Shown here: positions 1-12,212 of the stretch, piece by piece | Layout of the letters: the number at the start of each line of letters is the position of its first letter | Numbering within the stretch: position 1 is the stretch's first letter | NCBI RefSeq assembly: GCF_006345805.1 | Contig: NC_043017.1 | Location: 19,840,001-19,904,000, forward strand | Length of the DNA: 64,000 bases | Origin: Octopus sinensis | Taxonomy: Eukaryota | Direction: 5' to 3' | Position numbers and translations under genes: made by a program | The notes under the pieces: generated by a model | What the model saw: the letters and a program-made list of their open reading frames with translations, nothing else | Told to the model about the DNA's origin: nothing | The model's database searches: none

Positions 1-502
1 GGGAAACCTCTATGCAGTCACTAGATGTGCTAGAAATAACAGCCGCAAATCCCTCAAATTGTATCCTGCCATCTACAAAAAGAAAGAAAAACAAGAAAAA
101 AAGCGGGACATATTGAATGATGTGGCTTTATGCCATAAGGAAAGAGAGGGGTCATATAATCGTTGGCTTAAAGGCTTTTTTTCTTTTCAAATATGGAGAA
201 CAGTAAGCTGGAAAGAAGTACAGGGGCCCATTTTAATCAACTGTTCCCATGCCCTACAAAATTAGTGCCCTTAGAAACCTTACCTTAAAATTCTACATTT
301 TCGGAACTAGTTAAATAGCAGGGTCCAGTTCAATCAACTATCCCCTACTCCATACAAAATTGGTTCCCTTCTATGCATGATACCTTAAAAACTCATATTT
401 TAAGTACCATGTATGTACTGAGGCCTGGTTTTATTAACTTCACCCCTCTCCATAAATTTGGTACCCTTCAATGTTATTTAATAACTCTATGCTGTGAGGT
501 GT

Positions 503-733
503 ATGAAGGTGCATGGCTTAGGGGTTAGGGTATTCGGCTGACAATCATAAGGTTGTGAGTTTGATTCCTGGTGATGCCCTGTGTTCTTGAGCAAGGTACT
601 TCACTTCAAATTGCTCCAGTCCATTCAACTGGCAAAAAGGAGTAGTACTTGTATTTAAAAGGGTCAGCCATGATAAATTCTGCATCACGTTGAATCTCCC
701 CAAGAATTAAGTTAAGGGTACGTGTGTCTGTGG
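503..733 (+). mobile_element. tRNA-headed SINE, family C variant
   Basis: gaaggtgcatggcttaggggttagg (A-box-like), gagtttgattcc (B-box-like), ttcttgagcaag; same head as 21294 and 21741. Confidence 0.75.
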
Positions 734-1150
734 CAGAAACATTAGCACGTTGGGCGAAATGCTTAGCAGTATTCCGTCTGCTGGTACGTTCTGAGTTCAA
801 ATTCTGTCAAGGTTGACTTTGCCTTTCATCCTTTCGGGGTCGATTAAATAAGTACCAATTATGCACTGGGGTCAATATAATCGACTTAATCCGTTTGTCT
901 GTCCTTGTTTGACCCCTCTGTGTGTAGTCCCTTGTGGGCAGTAAAAAAATAAGAGATGTTAGCATGGCGGGCAAAATGCTTAGCAGTATTTCGTCTTTCT
1001 TCACGTTCTGAGTTCAAATTCTGCCAAGATTGACTTTACCTTTTATCCTTTCAGGGTCGAAAAATTAAGTACCAGTTGCATACTGGGGTCGATCTAATTA
1101 ACTGCCCCCTCCCCCTAAAATTTCAGGCCTTGTGCCTAGAGTAGAAAAGT
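730..1150 (+). mobile_element. Two tandem family-A SINEs with different 3' tails
   Basis: tggcagaaacattagc..ttctgagttcaaattc..gactttgcctttcatcctttcggggtcga..aagtacca; the first ends ccttgtgggcagtaaaa, the second ggccttgtgcctagagtagaaa. Confidence 0.85.
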
Positions 1151-1979
1151 ATTTCATGAGCAGAGCCCTTATCGGACCCGATGAAGTGCCAGTTATTGTG
1201 AGATGTAGTCAGGTGTTCATTACTGAATATGTCCCTTGTATGAATGTTACCTTAAAAACTTATATTTTAAGTACCAGGTAAGTTCTGGGGTTCCCTTTAA
1301 TCAACGAAGCCCTTCTCAATAAAATTGGTGCCCTTACAAGTCTATATTCTGAGAACAAGTAGTAGGGTTCACTTTAATCAACTACAGTCCTTCTAACAAA
1401 CTTGACTTTTTTTGTAAGTAAATTGTCTTAAAAACCTATATTCTAAGTACCAGGTAAGCACTGGGATCGTATTTATTCGACCACGCCCCTCTCAATAAAA
1501 TCGGCACCCATAGAAACCTACATTCTGAGAACTAGTTAAGTAATAGGATCCAGTTTAATCAACTGTAGTCCCTCTCACAAACTTGGCTCCTTTATATGTA
1601 CATTGCCTTAGAAACCTATATTTTTAGTACCAGATATGTTCTGGGGGCCACGATTTAATTGACCATGCTCCTCTCTACAAAATTTATGTCTTTGGGTGTG
1701 ATTTTCTAAATATATATTGTGAAGTACAGCCATTGGTTTGTCGTAGCATCGAGTTGATGGTGAATTATATAATTACAGTTTGCTGGAAGGAAACAAAACC
1801 AAACTTTGGCTGGAATTAATTGTGAGCTGAGAACATTTTCTATTTACTTCAAGAGTATCTTTTTCTACCTAAGTCTTCCAGCAACCAAAACAACCAAAAT
1901 ATCCTTTTAACAATTTTGGCTCAGTGGAAGAATTATAGTTCTCCATAATGAAGCTACATTGGTATTTGGAAACACTTTT

Positions 1980-2062
1980 ATACACACACACACACACAAA
2001 TATTTACATATATATGCAAATGTATATATATTTAAACATATAAATATATGTAAATATACACA

Positions 2063-2100
<38 letters not shown>

Positions 2101-2304
2101 TCATGCATACATGTAAATATATACATATATATATATATGTACATACACTCATGCATACATGTAAATATATATATATATATATATATATGTACATACACAC
2201 AAGCATACGTGTGTGTTTATATATACATACACATACTTGTGCTTATACATATATACACCCATGTGTGCTTATACATACATACACACACGTGTGCTTATAC
2301 AAAC

Positions 2305-2339
<35 letters not shown>

Positions 2340-2552
2340 GATATACATATCCATCCATATATATATATATGTGTGCATGTTTGTATATGTGTGTGTGTAT
2401 GCTTCTATGTTTGTGCACAAGGGTGTATATATATATGTACACACACATACACACATCACTCCATGTACCCAAATTATCTGTTAAAAAAATGTAAAGCCTA
2501 CTTCAAAAGATTACCTGTAAAAGAAAAGAAAAAGCTATTTTCTGAAAGTTTT

Positions 2553-2587
<35 letters not shown>

Positions 2588-2704
2588 TATGTGTGTGTCT
2601 ATGTGCAGTGTGGTATGTATGGGTATATGAGTATTTGTGAGTGTGGGTGTGTTCGTGTGTGCATCTAGCGTATGAGTTTGTGCAGGATGGTTGTGTATAT
2701 GTAA

Positions 2705-2742
<38 letters not shown>

Positions 2743-2859
2743 GATAGTGTTGTGAAAAGAAAAGGAGTTATTCACAATAGACAACCAATATGTCTTCCAA
2801 CCATGACATACCTTACAGAAACAGTACATTACAATACATTAACTGTTTGGCAACAATTC

Positions 2860-2930
<71 letters not shown>
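1980..2930. repeat. Compound (TA)n/(CA)n/(GA)n/(CTGT)n microsatellite field
   Basis: Direct inspection; source of the YI/HT/CV-rich pseudo-ORFs. Confidence 0.95.
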
Positions 2931-3061
2931 GAATGTGTTTCATTTATTTGCACAAGTATGGCATGTGCTTATACTTTATGATGATATCATAAGGTAAATT
3001 TTAGACATTGGTGTCTTTTACTAGCATTTTGGTGACTTGTATATGTACTTGCTTGCCCTTG

Positions 3062-3090
<29 letters not shown>

Positions 3091-3092
<2 letters not shown>

Positions 3093-3470
3093 CAAGCTGT
3101 TGGACCCGATGTTGCTTGTGCTTTCTATGTTGAAGTTAAGCTCACCTCTGACCTTGTATTGAATAAGCATTTCCTTAGAGACTATTCTGTTGATTTTGTT
3201 GAAGTTTTACTTGTGACAAAATGCAAAAGCTGCAGGAAAAATAACATTGTTATGGGAATTTCCATTCAAATGCCCGATTGAGGTCACAAAAATCAATGCC
3301 AACTGAGCATTATCGAGATTTTGAAAAATTCCAGCCTCATTTGAACTTCAGGGTATGTGATCTACCTATGTGCCAAAAATCATTAAAATCGGTTAGGCAG
3401 TGTGGGAGGGGTTAGAGTAACCCCAAATACACACAGACAGACACCATTACACATTTATGTATGTATATAT
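3091..3470 (-). mobile_element. Non-autonomous Helitron-like element (Lep1/HINE-like), decayed
   Basis: Left end tacaagctgttggacccgatgttgcttgtg resembles a reverse-complemented CTAG end plus hairpin; right end atgtgccaaaaatcattaaaatcggtt..acagacagacac; sits in (TA)n. Confidence 0.55.
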
Positions 3471-3549
3471 ACATGCCAGCATGGAAAATGGAGATTAAAT
3501 GATGATGATGACGATGATGATGTGGGCCATGGGCAAAAGCAAAAGACAC

Positions 3550-3952
3550 AAAGCAGAATGATGGAAGGGCAAAGTTAACCTAGGAATGATGAAAGGAAAA
3601 ATTGATCCTGAAAGAGTGAAAGGCAAAGTTGAACGAGGAAGGCTGTAAGGCAAAGTTGACCCAGGAAAGATGAAAGGGCAAAGCTAAACCAGGTAAGATC
3701 TAATGGCAAAGCTGATGAAAGAAAGATGAAAATGCAAAGCTGACCAAGGAATGATGAGAGAGAGCAAAGGTGACGAAGGAAAGATGAAAGGAAAAATTGA
3801 TCTCAAAAGGATGAAAAGTAAAGCTGAACGGGGAAGGTAAAGTTGACCCAGGAAAGATGGAAAGTGAAGCTGACCCAGGAAGAATGTAAGGCAAAGTTGA
3901 AGCAGGAAGGATGAAAGGCAAAGTTGAGCCAAGATGAAAAAAAGGCAAAGAT
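3550..3952 (-). repeat. ~28 bp minisatellite (about 14 degenerate units) derived from the SINE-A core
   Basis: Unit ~ggaaggatgaaaggcaaagttgaccca is the reverse complement of the SINE-A segment ggtcgactttgcctttcatcctt. Confidence 0.8.
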
Positions 3953-4199
3953 GTATCAAATATTGAATATTTACAGCCAACACTGTAGGAAAATTATAAA
4001 GCTAATAAATTGAAGTTCTTCTCAAAGATGACCAATTCTATCTTCTATGTTATGATATATTTCAATGTTCTTTGATTATCTGGAAACAGAAGCTTCAAGA
4101 AATTTTTTTTTTTACCTAGATAATGTTTCCATTAAAAATAGTAAAAGAATCATTGAGATCAAAAATGACAAGAAGTGCTTATCGCTGGTTTTCTTAAGT

Positions 4200-4520
4200 G
4201 TTAAGATGAAAGATTGGTTACAGAATATTTCTTTTTCTGTTAAGATCGGTTAGAGAAAATATATTATTTTTTTCTCTTTAGATTGGTTAGAAAATATCAA
4301 CGATCTTTATGTTCATATTGGTTAAATAATATCTATTATATTTATTTAAGACTGGTTTGACAACATATATTATTTTTATTCTGTTAAACCTGGTTTGAGA
4401 ATAGAATTTTGTGAGTATATTAGATGAGTAACATCTAGTATATTTATATGAAGACCGGTTTGAGAATACATATTATCTTTCTGTTAAGGTTGGTTAGATT
4501 ATATCAATTTTATGTTGATA
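4200..4520. repeat. Degenerate ~35-40 bp AT-rich minisatellite
   Basis: Repeated taaga(t/c)tggtt(a/t)ga..aata..tatt..ttt units; one or two more near 4750-4830 after a SINE. Confidence 0.6.
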
Positions 4521-4524
4521 CTAG

Positions 4525-4740
4525 TTTCAAATTTTGGTGCAAGAATAGCAATTTTAGAGGAGGGGGGATGAGTCGATTACATTGACCCCCCCATGCTCAA
4601 CAGGTACTCATTTTATTGACCCCGAAAGGATGAAAGGCAAAGTTAATTGTGATGGAATTTGAACCCAGACCATAAAGTTGGATGAAATGCTGCCAAGCAT
4701 TTTATCAGGTGTGTTAAAGATTCTGTCTGCTCACTGCCTC
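4525..4740 (-). mobile_element. Family-A SINE
   Basis: ggtactcattttattgaccccgaaaggatgaaaggcaaag..gaatttgaaccc. Confidence 0.8.
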
Positions 4741-5514
4741 CTTTCGTGTTAATATTGGTTAAGAAATGTTATAATTGTATTAAGATAGATTCGAGGAGAA
4801 TATTTATAAGTTTTCTATTGTTTAAATTAGTTATCCATTATGTTTATGATAAAATTGATGAAAAACATCTATTTTCTCTTTTTACTTTTTTTTTTTTGTT
4901 TTACTGTACACCTTATTACATGTACATTTTAAACTAATTAATTTGATGACATTTAAACTAATGACATTTACTGAACAATTCCAACCCCAAACACCATCGC
5001 CTCTCTCTAAAAGAAAAAAAAAAAAAAAACCCAGCCATTTTCTTTCAGATTCTTCACGATTGTTTGCTTTTTGTCTTTTCAACATTATTTTTTTTTTTGT
5101 CAAAGACCAATAACTATTTATTTTTCTTTTACTCTTTCTGTTTTTAAAAAAATATTTCCTTTTTAGCTCCATTTTCTTCATTTCCCAGACATGATAGCTA
5201 TTTGCCATAATAGGCTTAGTAAAATTACACGAGAAATGTGCGATCGTTATTATTGATATTATTTCGAGTCCAAAGTAAATTATCTTTTGCTCTCCCTCTC
5301 TCTCTCTCCTTTTCTTTGTGCAATATAAGCTGTGCTACTAAGGACTGTTTCTTCAATTACAGGGGCCTTAGATCAACCAGGGATGCAAGGTCATTCTTTA
5401 TTTGCTTAATGACCTCAGGTCACTAAAATTCGGATATTGTGGCCATCAGCACGACCAAGCTTTCCTGCTTGCACTAGTTCACACTTTTTCTCAATAACAA
5501 TGGAGAATACAGAC

Positions 5515-6143
5515 ACAGGTGAGGCTGGGTGGTAAGAAGCTTGCTTCTCAATTGCATGGTTCTGGGTTCAGTCTCCCAGCACTGCACCTTGGGTAAGTGT
5601 TTTCTACTATAGCATCAGACCTAAGCCTTGTGAGTTGATTTGATAGACGGAAATTATTATTATTATTATTGTTATTGTTGTTGTTGTTGTTATCGAAGTG
5701 GCAAGCTGACAGAATCATTAGAATGCTAGACTCTGAGTTCAAATTTTGCCAAAGTTGACATTGCCTTTCATCCTTTTGGGATCAATAAGATAAGAACCAG
5801 CTGAATACAAAGGTGGATGTAATCAACTAGTCCCCTCTCACAAAATTTCAGGCCTTATGCCTATAGTAGAAAGGATTATTATTATTATTATCATTATTAA
5901 TATTATTATTAATATTTTTTTATGTAAGGTGGCAAGCTGGCAGAACTGTTAGCATGACAGGCAAAATGCTTAGCAGCATTTTGTCTGTGTTTACATTCTG
6001 GGTTCAAATTCCGCCAAGGTTGAATTTAACTTTCATCCTTTCAGGGTCAATAAAATAAGTACCAGTCGAATAATGGCGTCGATGTAATTGACTTTTCCTC
6101 TTACCCTGAATTTCCTGGGCTTGTGCCAAAATTCGAAACCATT
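5515..6143 (+). mobile_element. Family-B SINE head followed by two family-A SINEs in (ATT)n tracts
   Basis: ggtaagaagcttgcttc..gcaccttgggtaagtg; A copies at ~5697-5877 and ~5927-6143. Confidence 0.8.
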
Positions 6144-6335
6144 ATTATCATTATTATTATTATTATTGTTATTATTATTAGTTTATTTGTCAGAGACAAA
6201 ATGGAATAAACAGAACAAAACCAGAGAGAAGAAAACACACAAGAAACAGAAAGTCATGTGTGACAAAAGAAAAAACTCTAATAATAATGATGATGATAAT
6301 AATAATAATAATATAATAATAATAATAATAAAAAA

Positions 6336-6880
6336 CAGTACCAGGCAGTGGCTCTCATGGCTTCTGATCTAACTGATTGGAAGTGTTATCATGTACATTG
6401 TTTTGTCTTGGTATAAAAGAAGGGCTACAGCAAATATTCTGCTCAATACCACAGACTTGCTTGTCAGTTGTTTGACCGTAACCAGTTGAGCATGTCCCTT
6501 AGTGGCTGACGATATGTTGCATCTCTGATCATGAGCAGAAGTAGTGGGGGAGCATCATAGCCAGGTGTTGAGAGGGATTCTTTGGGGTTTGACTAGTCAC
6601 CTCTGGAAACATGGGTGGTTCTTTCAACATCCTTAAACAACCCTTATTCAGGGGACCGTTTGAGCGGGATGGGCTACTCGACCTGAAGAAAATTCTAACT
6701 GGGCCCCACCTGCAAGGTCATGTGCTGTTTATCTGATATGAGAATCACCATGTCGCGCACATATGGTTGTGATGCATGTGCCTGGTGTGTACCTTTATCA
6801 GACGGGTAGTCATGATGGGTATATTGGGTTCGTTATTTTACCCCAGTGTCAATTTGATGGCATGAACTGCTCTCTCACTC
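6336..6880 (+). mobile_element. 3' fragment of a non-LTR retroelement inserted in (AAT)n; near-identical inverted copy at 28423-28863
   Basis: ~545 bp complex sequence ending ctctctcactc(aat)n with (AAT)n on both sides; the second copy shares the 3' end and is more 5'-truncated. Confidence 0.75.
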
Positions 6881-6996
6881 AATAATAATAATAATAATAA
6901 TAATTATCATTAACACCATCACTGCAGTTGTTGTTTTTGTTGTGGATATTGTTATTGCTGCTGTTCTTGTGTTTTTATCAATAATTTTCGTTTTAG

Positions 6997-7071
6997 TTTC
7001 CAAGAATATTTTGGACCAAACCTCATTCGTTTTGTTGCACTAAAGTGAAATCAAGAAAATCTAGAAGAATG
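6997..7071 (+). other. Candidate 75-nt exon (FPRIFWTKPHSFCCTKVKSRKSRRM, or a 5'UTR exon ending in ATG)
   Basis: Acceptor ttttcgttttag|, donor |gtgagc, open phase 0-0 frame, non-repetitive sequence. Confidence 0.35.
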
Positions 7072-8364
7072 GTGAGCTTGATTAACAGCAGGAAGCGATT
7101 CCTTCACCGGAACAAATTGAACCAAAATACACACACACACACACATACACACACGTGTGTGTGCATGTGTGCGCTTTTGATTTAACACTTGCTTTTAGTC
7201 TTTGCAAACGGTGAAGAATATAATTCCGTAGAGCTCACCAAGAGTCATTTCTCTACAACTGATTGGCAAAAAAAAAAAACAAAAAAAAAAAAAAAAAAAG
7301 AAAGAAAAAAGGTGGAAAAGTAAAAATAAATAAGATCCAGAAATCTTTGGTTTTATTTTGAATTTGTTGTTGTTGTTATTTGCATTTCTTTTTTGTTTTG
7401 GTTTTGGTTGGCATTCAATCAATCAACTCTACACAGTACTTTGGTGATGGAATCACCATTTTTGGAGGATTAATTATTATTTTTTTTCCTTTATGGCACT
7501 GTGTCGTAGAATCAGGGGAATATGCTGTTGATTAAAATTGCTTTTATTTTTGTGCATGTGTGTGTGTGTGTTCCTTCGTTGTTTCTTCTTGATGCTATTT
7601 CAGTAAGAACGGTGTTGTCTTTGATAATGTATATTACCTGCCACACACACACACACACAGGTACACACACACGCACACAAACATACAAATATACAAATGC
7701 ATGCACAGATACACATGCAACACAAAAAGAGACATACACATACACACAAGACCCATTTTCCCTGAATAATAAAGAATGAGGCAAAACCATTTTCTAATCA
7801 AAAATATCCATCCGCAGATGGTAATTGGTGCTGACATCACAAACAGAGGGAATAATTGATGTGGTGGTGTTAATGCCTTTTACAAAGGCATTCAATAAGA
7901 AGCAGAGCTGAAGAAGTGCAACAAGGAACTCAGACCTGAATTGCAGGCCCCGTTTATCAGAAGCGAACAGTTTACAGTACTCTCTGTTCCACAATGCGTT
8001 AGTCAACAACAGCAAGTGAGTGAACAAGTGAGATAGCATGTGGTAGTGCAGCTTGTTAGAAATAGTAGCCAAATCTCCCTTGAAGCAAGCAATCTACTGG
8101 TTTTAGACAAAAGAAGGACACATTGGTTAATAAAGTCCTGGGGTTACCATGTTGTTGGTTAAGCAAGGAAAGATGGAACCATCAATGTAGGAATGTCTTG
8201 AAGAGTCTTGACTATCAACATGAATTACTTTTGTCCTTCCATACAAAAGAAATTGCTATTCAAATTCAAATATACATATATTCTTTTATTGGTTTCAGTC
8301 ATTTGACTGTGGCCATGCTGGAGCACCACATTTGCTCAAACAAATCGACTGCAGGACTTTTGAT

Positions 8365-8458
8365 TACCTTGATAACTGACGAGATGCCGGAACAGATTTC
8401 TACCTTGAAACTCAGAGTTTTATTATAGTAACTGAATAATTGTCAATTATTATATTAC

Positions 8459-8462
<4 letters not shown>
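8365..8462 (+). ncRNA. Minimal hammerhead-ribozyme motif in a Penelope-like terminal fragment
   Basis: gataa-CTGACGA-..-GAAA-ctcagag-TT-ttatt; same family as 55861-55954. Confidence 0.6.
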
Positions 8463-8497
<35 letters not shown>

Positions 8498-8500
<3 letters not shown>

Positions 8501-8710
8501 CGAACTGGGAGAATCATTAGCATGCAGGGCAAAATGCTTAGCAGTATTTCGTCTGCTGTTATGTTCTGAGTTCAAATTGCACCAAAGTCGACTATGCCTT
8601 TCATCCTTTCGGGGTCGATAAATTAAACACCACCAGCGAACACTGGGATTGATGTAATCCACTTAATCCTTTCCCCCAAATTTGAGGCCTTGTGCTTTCA
8701 GTAGAAAGGC
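8498..8710 (+). mobile_element. Family-A SINE
   Basis: ggcgaactgggagaatcattagc..gcctttcatcctttcggggtcgataaa..ggccttgtgc. Confidence 0.85.
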
Positions 8711-8733
8711 TTAATATATATATTATATATATA

Positions 8734-8764
<31 letters not shown>

Positions 8765-8766
<2 letters not shown>

Positions 8767-8932
8767 GTGAGAATTTACAAAAAATACCAAAAGATGAAGA
8801 TGGGTGTGTAAACAATAAACAGATGTATTAGTTTAACACTTGGGAAGTGAGAGAGTCTTCTACGTTTCGAGCCTATGCTCTTTGACAGAAAGGAACACAG
8901 AAATAAACAGGGAGAGAAAATAGAAAAAGGTT
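8765..8932 (-). mobile_element. Penelope-like terminal fragment with a decayed hammerhead-like motif, in (TA)n
   Basis: Minus strand ctgtcaaa-gagc-atag-gctc-GAAA-cg-TA; related to 40620-40820. Confidence 0.5.
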
Positions 8933-9924
8933 ATATATATATATATATATATATATATGCATATAAGTATCTCATTCTACAAATATAATTTTCAAATTTG
9001 TCTTGTATCAAATTTGCTTAAGATTCTCTTCTTTTTACCATTTCTTTCTATAAAGAAATGAGAACCATGCTTTTTAATTCTTGGTTTATCCTTATGCAAA
9101 AATTTTTTAAATGGAAACAACAATAACAGCAGCAACAATAGTACTAATAGCAACAACAACAACAAGATTAAACCAACACAAAATACAAACACTTTGAATT
9201 TTTCTCCTTTAAATAATCAATTGTAATCTTTCTTAGAGCAAATAATTTTTTTTATTTTTACCATAAAAAAATAGCTTCAGGAAAAAACTTTAGGAAAATA
9301 CATCTCCTTCCAACCCCCACTCAGAGAAAAATAAACTTGAAATTATTTTAAACTACCCCCCCCCCACCCCACCAAAAAAAAAAACAAGAAAAATCTAAGG
9401 AAACTAAACCCTTGTTTTTTCCCCCATTTCTCTCCATTTTTTGCTTTGAAATTTTTTTGTAATTTTTGAAACGATGCTGATAATAATAGAATATTTTTCA
9501 TCTTTCTAACAGAACTGAAGCGGCTTCTTTAAAGTATAGAAATATAACAAGGGGTATGCTTGAAAAACAAAACATATACATGCATACTTAAGACACGTGG
9601 TAAATTAAAATGTAAAGATGATTATTGAAGAGCTAAATAAGATACAATGTCAAAACAAGATATGTCTAAGCAAACATACACGCACACACACACACAAATA
9701 TAATGTATGTATATTTTGCTTAGGTATTGCAATACTACTAACCTGGTGGAGAACTCAATATACATATGTTTCCAAACAAAGCATTTGCCAAGTACAGAGC
9801 AGTAATAAGAAAATGAGATGACCAAGGAATAAATGGTTATCTTATCTTAACGCAGAAACAGCTGTAAGCTAATGAAGTACATAAGAGAATTATTTATTCC
9901 TTTGTCATTTCATTTTCATGCAAG

Positions 9925-10395
9925 AACAGGCATGGCTGTGTGGTAAGAAGTTTGCTTCCCATTCACATGGTTCCAAGTTCAGTCCCACTGTGTGGCACTT
10001 TGGGCAAGTGTCTTCTACCATAACATTGGGCCGATCAAAGCCTTGTGAGTAGATTTTATGGATGGAAACTGAAAGAAGCCTATCATCTCATGCCAGTGGC
10101 ACTTAAAAGCACCATTTCAGTGTGGTCATTGCCAGTGCTGACTAACTGGCTCCTGTGCCAGTGGCACGTAAAAAGCACCATTTGAGCATGGTTGATGCCA
10201 GTACCACCTGACTGGCCTTTGAGCCAGTGGCACATAAAAAAAACCAACTGCATTCTTGGTGTGGTTGGCATTAGGAAGGGGACCCAGTAGTAGAAACCTT
10301 GCTAGATCATATTGAAGCCTGGCACAGCCTCCTGGCTTTCCAGACCTCAGTCAAACCATCCAGCCCATGCCAGCATGGAAAGCATACATTAAACG
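9925..10395 (+). mobile_element. SINE with family-B head and family-E body plus (GAT)n tail
   Basis: caggcatggctgtgtggtaag..aactgaaagaagcc, then three tgccagtggcac(g)taaaaag units, ggttggcattaggaaggg, cccatgccagcatggaaa..gatgatg. Confidence 0.8.
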
Positions 10396-11627
10396 ATGAC
10401 GATGATGATGATACGTGTGTGTGTGTGCACGCGCACCAGGCAAATTGCTTAGTGGCATTTTGTCTGTCTTTAAGTTCTGTTGAGGTCAGCTTTGCCTTTC
10501 CTCCTTAAGGGGTCAATAAAATAAAAACCAGGGGTTGATGTAATCAGTTTACCCCTCTCCCCAAAATTGCTGGCCCTGTGCCAAAATTTGAAACCATTGT
10601 TATTGCTATTCTGGCTGCTGTTACCTCATTAAAGACTACTAAAATGGTTCATTTTGCTTACACAATCATAAAAAACGATTCTCGCAAATTCTTCCGAATG
10701 TGTTACATACTTAGAAATATATGAAGAACAAAAAGAGAATTCTTTGTCTCCAAAGAAAAAAAAATGAAAACATAAAAAACAAAAAGTTAAACTAAAAATT
10801 GTAAATGTAGGAATTTAATCATTAAAAATAAATTTTTCAGAAATCAAAGAATTTTGTTTCTTATTTTCCTTCTCTGATTTCTAAATGACAGAGCCACATT
10901 TCTGGTAAGAATAATTTTTCTTTTCTAGCAATCATTAAAAATATAATAAACCCAGTAATATAATTAATAATATTTTTCTTTAAGTTAACTAAAAACATTT
11001 AACAATATATGAAATGAGATTACAAAACAAAAATAAAATTGAAAATAGAATGAAACTGAGTTACATGTTATTTATGGTGTTCATTACTGTTCGTTAGTTC
11101 TAAATTGTAATTTGATTGAGTAAAAAGTAGAATAAAGCTAATTTTTAACTTCACATATTGGAAATTAGAAGAAATCAATGCAAAAGAAGACATGTATTTT
11201 TTTTCATTCTTTCTCCCTACACACTTATTTTCGAAATAAATTTTTTAAAAAATTACTAGAAAATAAAATAAATAAAACTATATATAAAATTTGCACTTGT
11301 GGAATTTGAAACAGCAGAGAAAAAAATTTCTTTTTTTTTTGTATTCAACAGCTGTCGAGGTATTATTGATTAAAACTGTTTAAAACAGCAACTAAGGATT
11401 TTATAGCAGATCAACAGATGGAAACATGCCTGAAAGGTATTTCAAGAAATATTTGTGAAAAAATGGTGAGAAAAAAAAAAAAAGTGGAGGAAAAAATGGC
11501 AAAGAGACGCCAGTCAAAAAATGGCACCATTTTGAAATGGTTCTTTTTGTCATTAAAATTTGTCACATATTTCCAACAAACTTGGAATGGAAATAAAATT
11601 TGAGCAAATTCTGGAACTGTTCAAACC

Positions 11628-11905
11628 ATCATCATCATCATCATCATCATCATTTAGTGTCCACTTTCCATGCTAGCATGGGTTGGACGGTTCAACTGGG
11701 GTCTGGGAAGCCAGAAGGCTGCACCAGGCCCAGTCTGATCTGGCAATGTTTCTACGGCTGGATGCCCTTCCTAACGCCAACCACTCTGTGAGTGTAGTGG
11801 GTGCTTTTTATGTGCCACCGGCACAGGTGCCAGACGAGGCTGGCAAATGGCCATGATCGGATGGTGCTTTTTACGTGCCACCAGCACGGGGGCCAGGCGA
11901 GGCAA
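11628..11905 (-). mobile_element. Family-E SINE (RTE-type (GAT)n tail)
   Basis: (cat)n-ttagtgtccactttccatgctagcatgggttggacgg..ggatgcccttcctaacgccaacc; homologs at ~19133-19385(+), 25966-26243(-), 57402-57550(-). Confidence 0.85.
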
Positions 11906-12169
11906 TCTATTACATATTCCCACAAGGAAAAAAAATTACACAAGGTGAGGTCTGGGGATCTCGCAGGCCAAGCACAAAGAGCGTTTAGGAGGAATTTTCT
12001 TATCACATTGATGTTGCCCATGCTGCAGGTGGTGGCCACATTGAACACTTGTAAGACCAGATATAAAAGTTGATTGTGAGTAAATATTTGTGACTTAGCT
12101 GGAGTTTTCTATTGGTTTTCCTGATTAAAATATTGCGTAACGAAATTGGTTCATTCTTTTTAAATAACC

Positions 12170-12172
<3 letters not shown>
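11905..12172 (-). mobile_element. Internally deleted Tc1/mariner-superfamily relic
   Basis: Minus strand encodes WPARSPDLTLCNFFSLWEYV (WPPRSPDL..DFFLWGY motif); terminus TA|CAGGGTTATTTAAAAAG abuts (TA)n. Confidence 0.8.

Positions 12173-12212
<40 letters not shown>

Larger units (their letters stand above)
200..1690 (+). repeat. Degenerate ~80-95 bp tandem array (alternating unit types) resembling the SINE-A 3' region, interrupted by SINEs at ~500-1150
   Basis: Recurring aaaac(c/t)tatatt..aagtaccag(g)/gagaactag..ctgggg..ttaatcaac..ccctctc..aaaattgg units at ~200-475 and ~1245-1690. Confidence 0.7.

Noticed and set aside
1959-2630. 223-aa ORF and the many similar YI/HT/CV-rich ORFs (e.g. 12883-13298, 34660-35783, 59985-60557)
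   Set aside because: Translations of (TA)n/(CA)n microsatellites that lack stop codons; open in several frames and on both strands.
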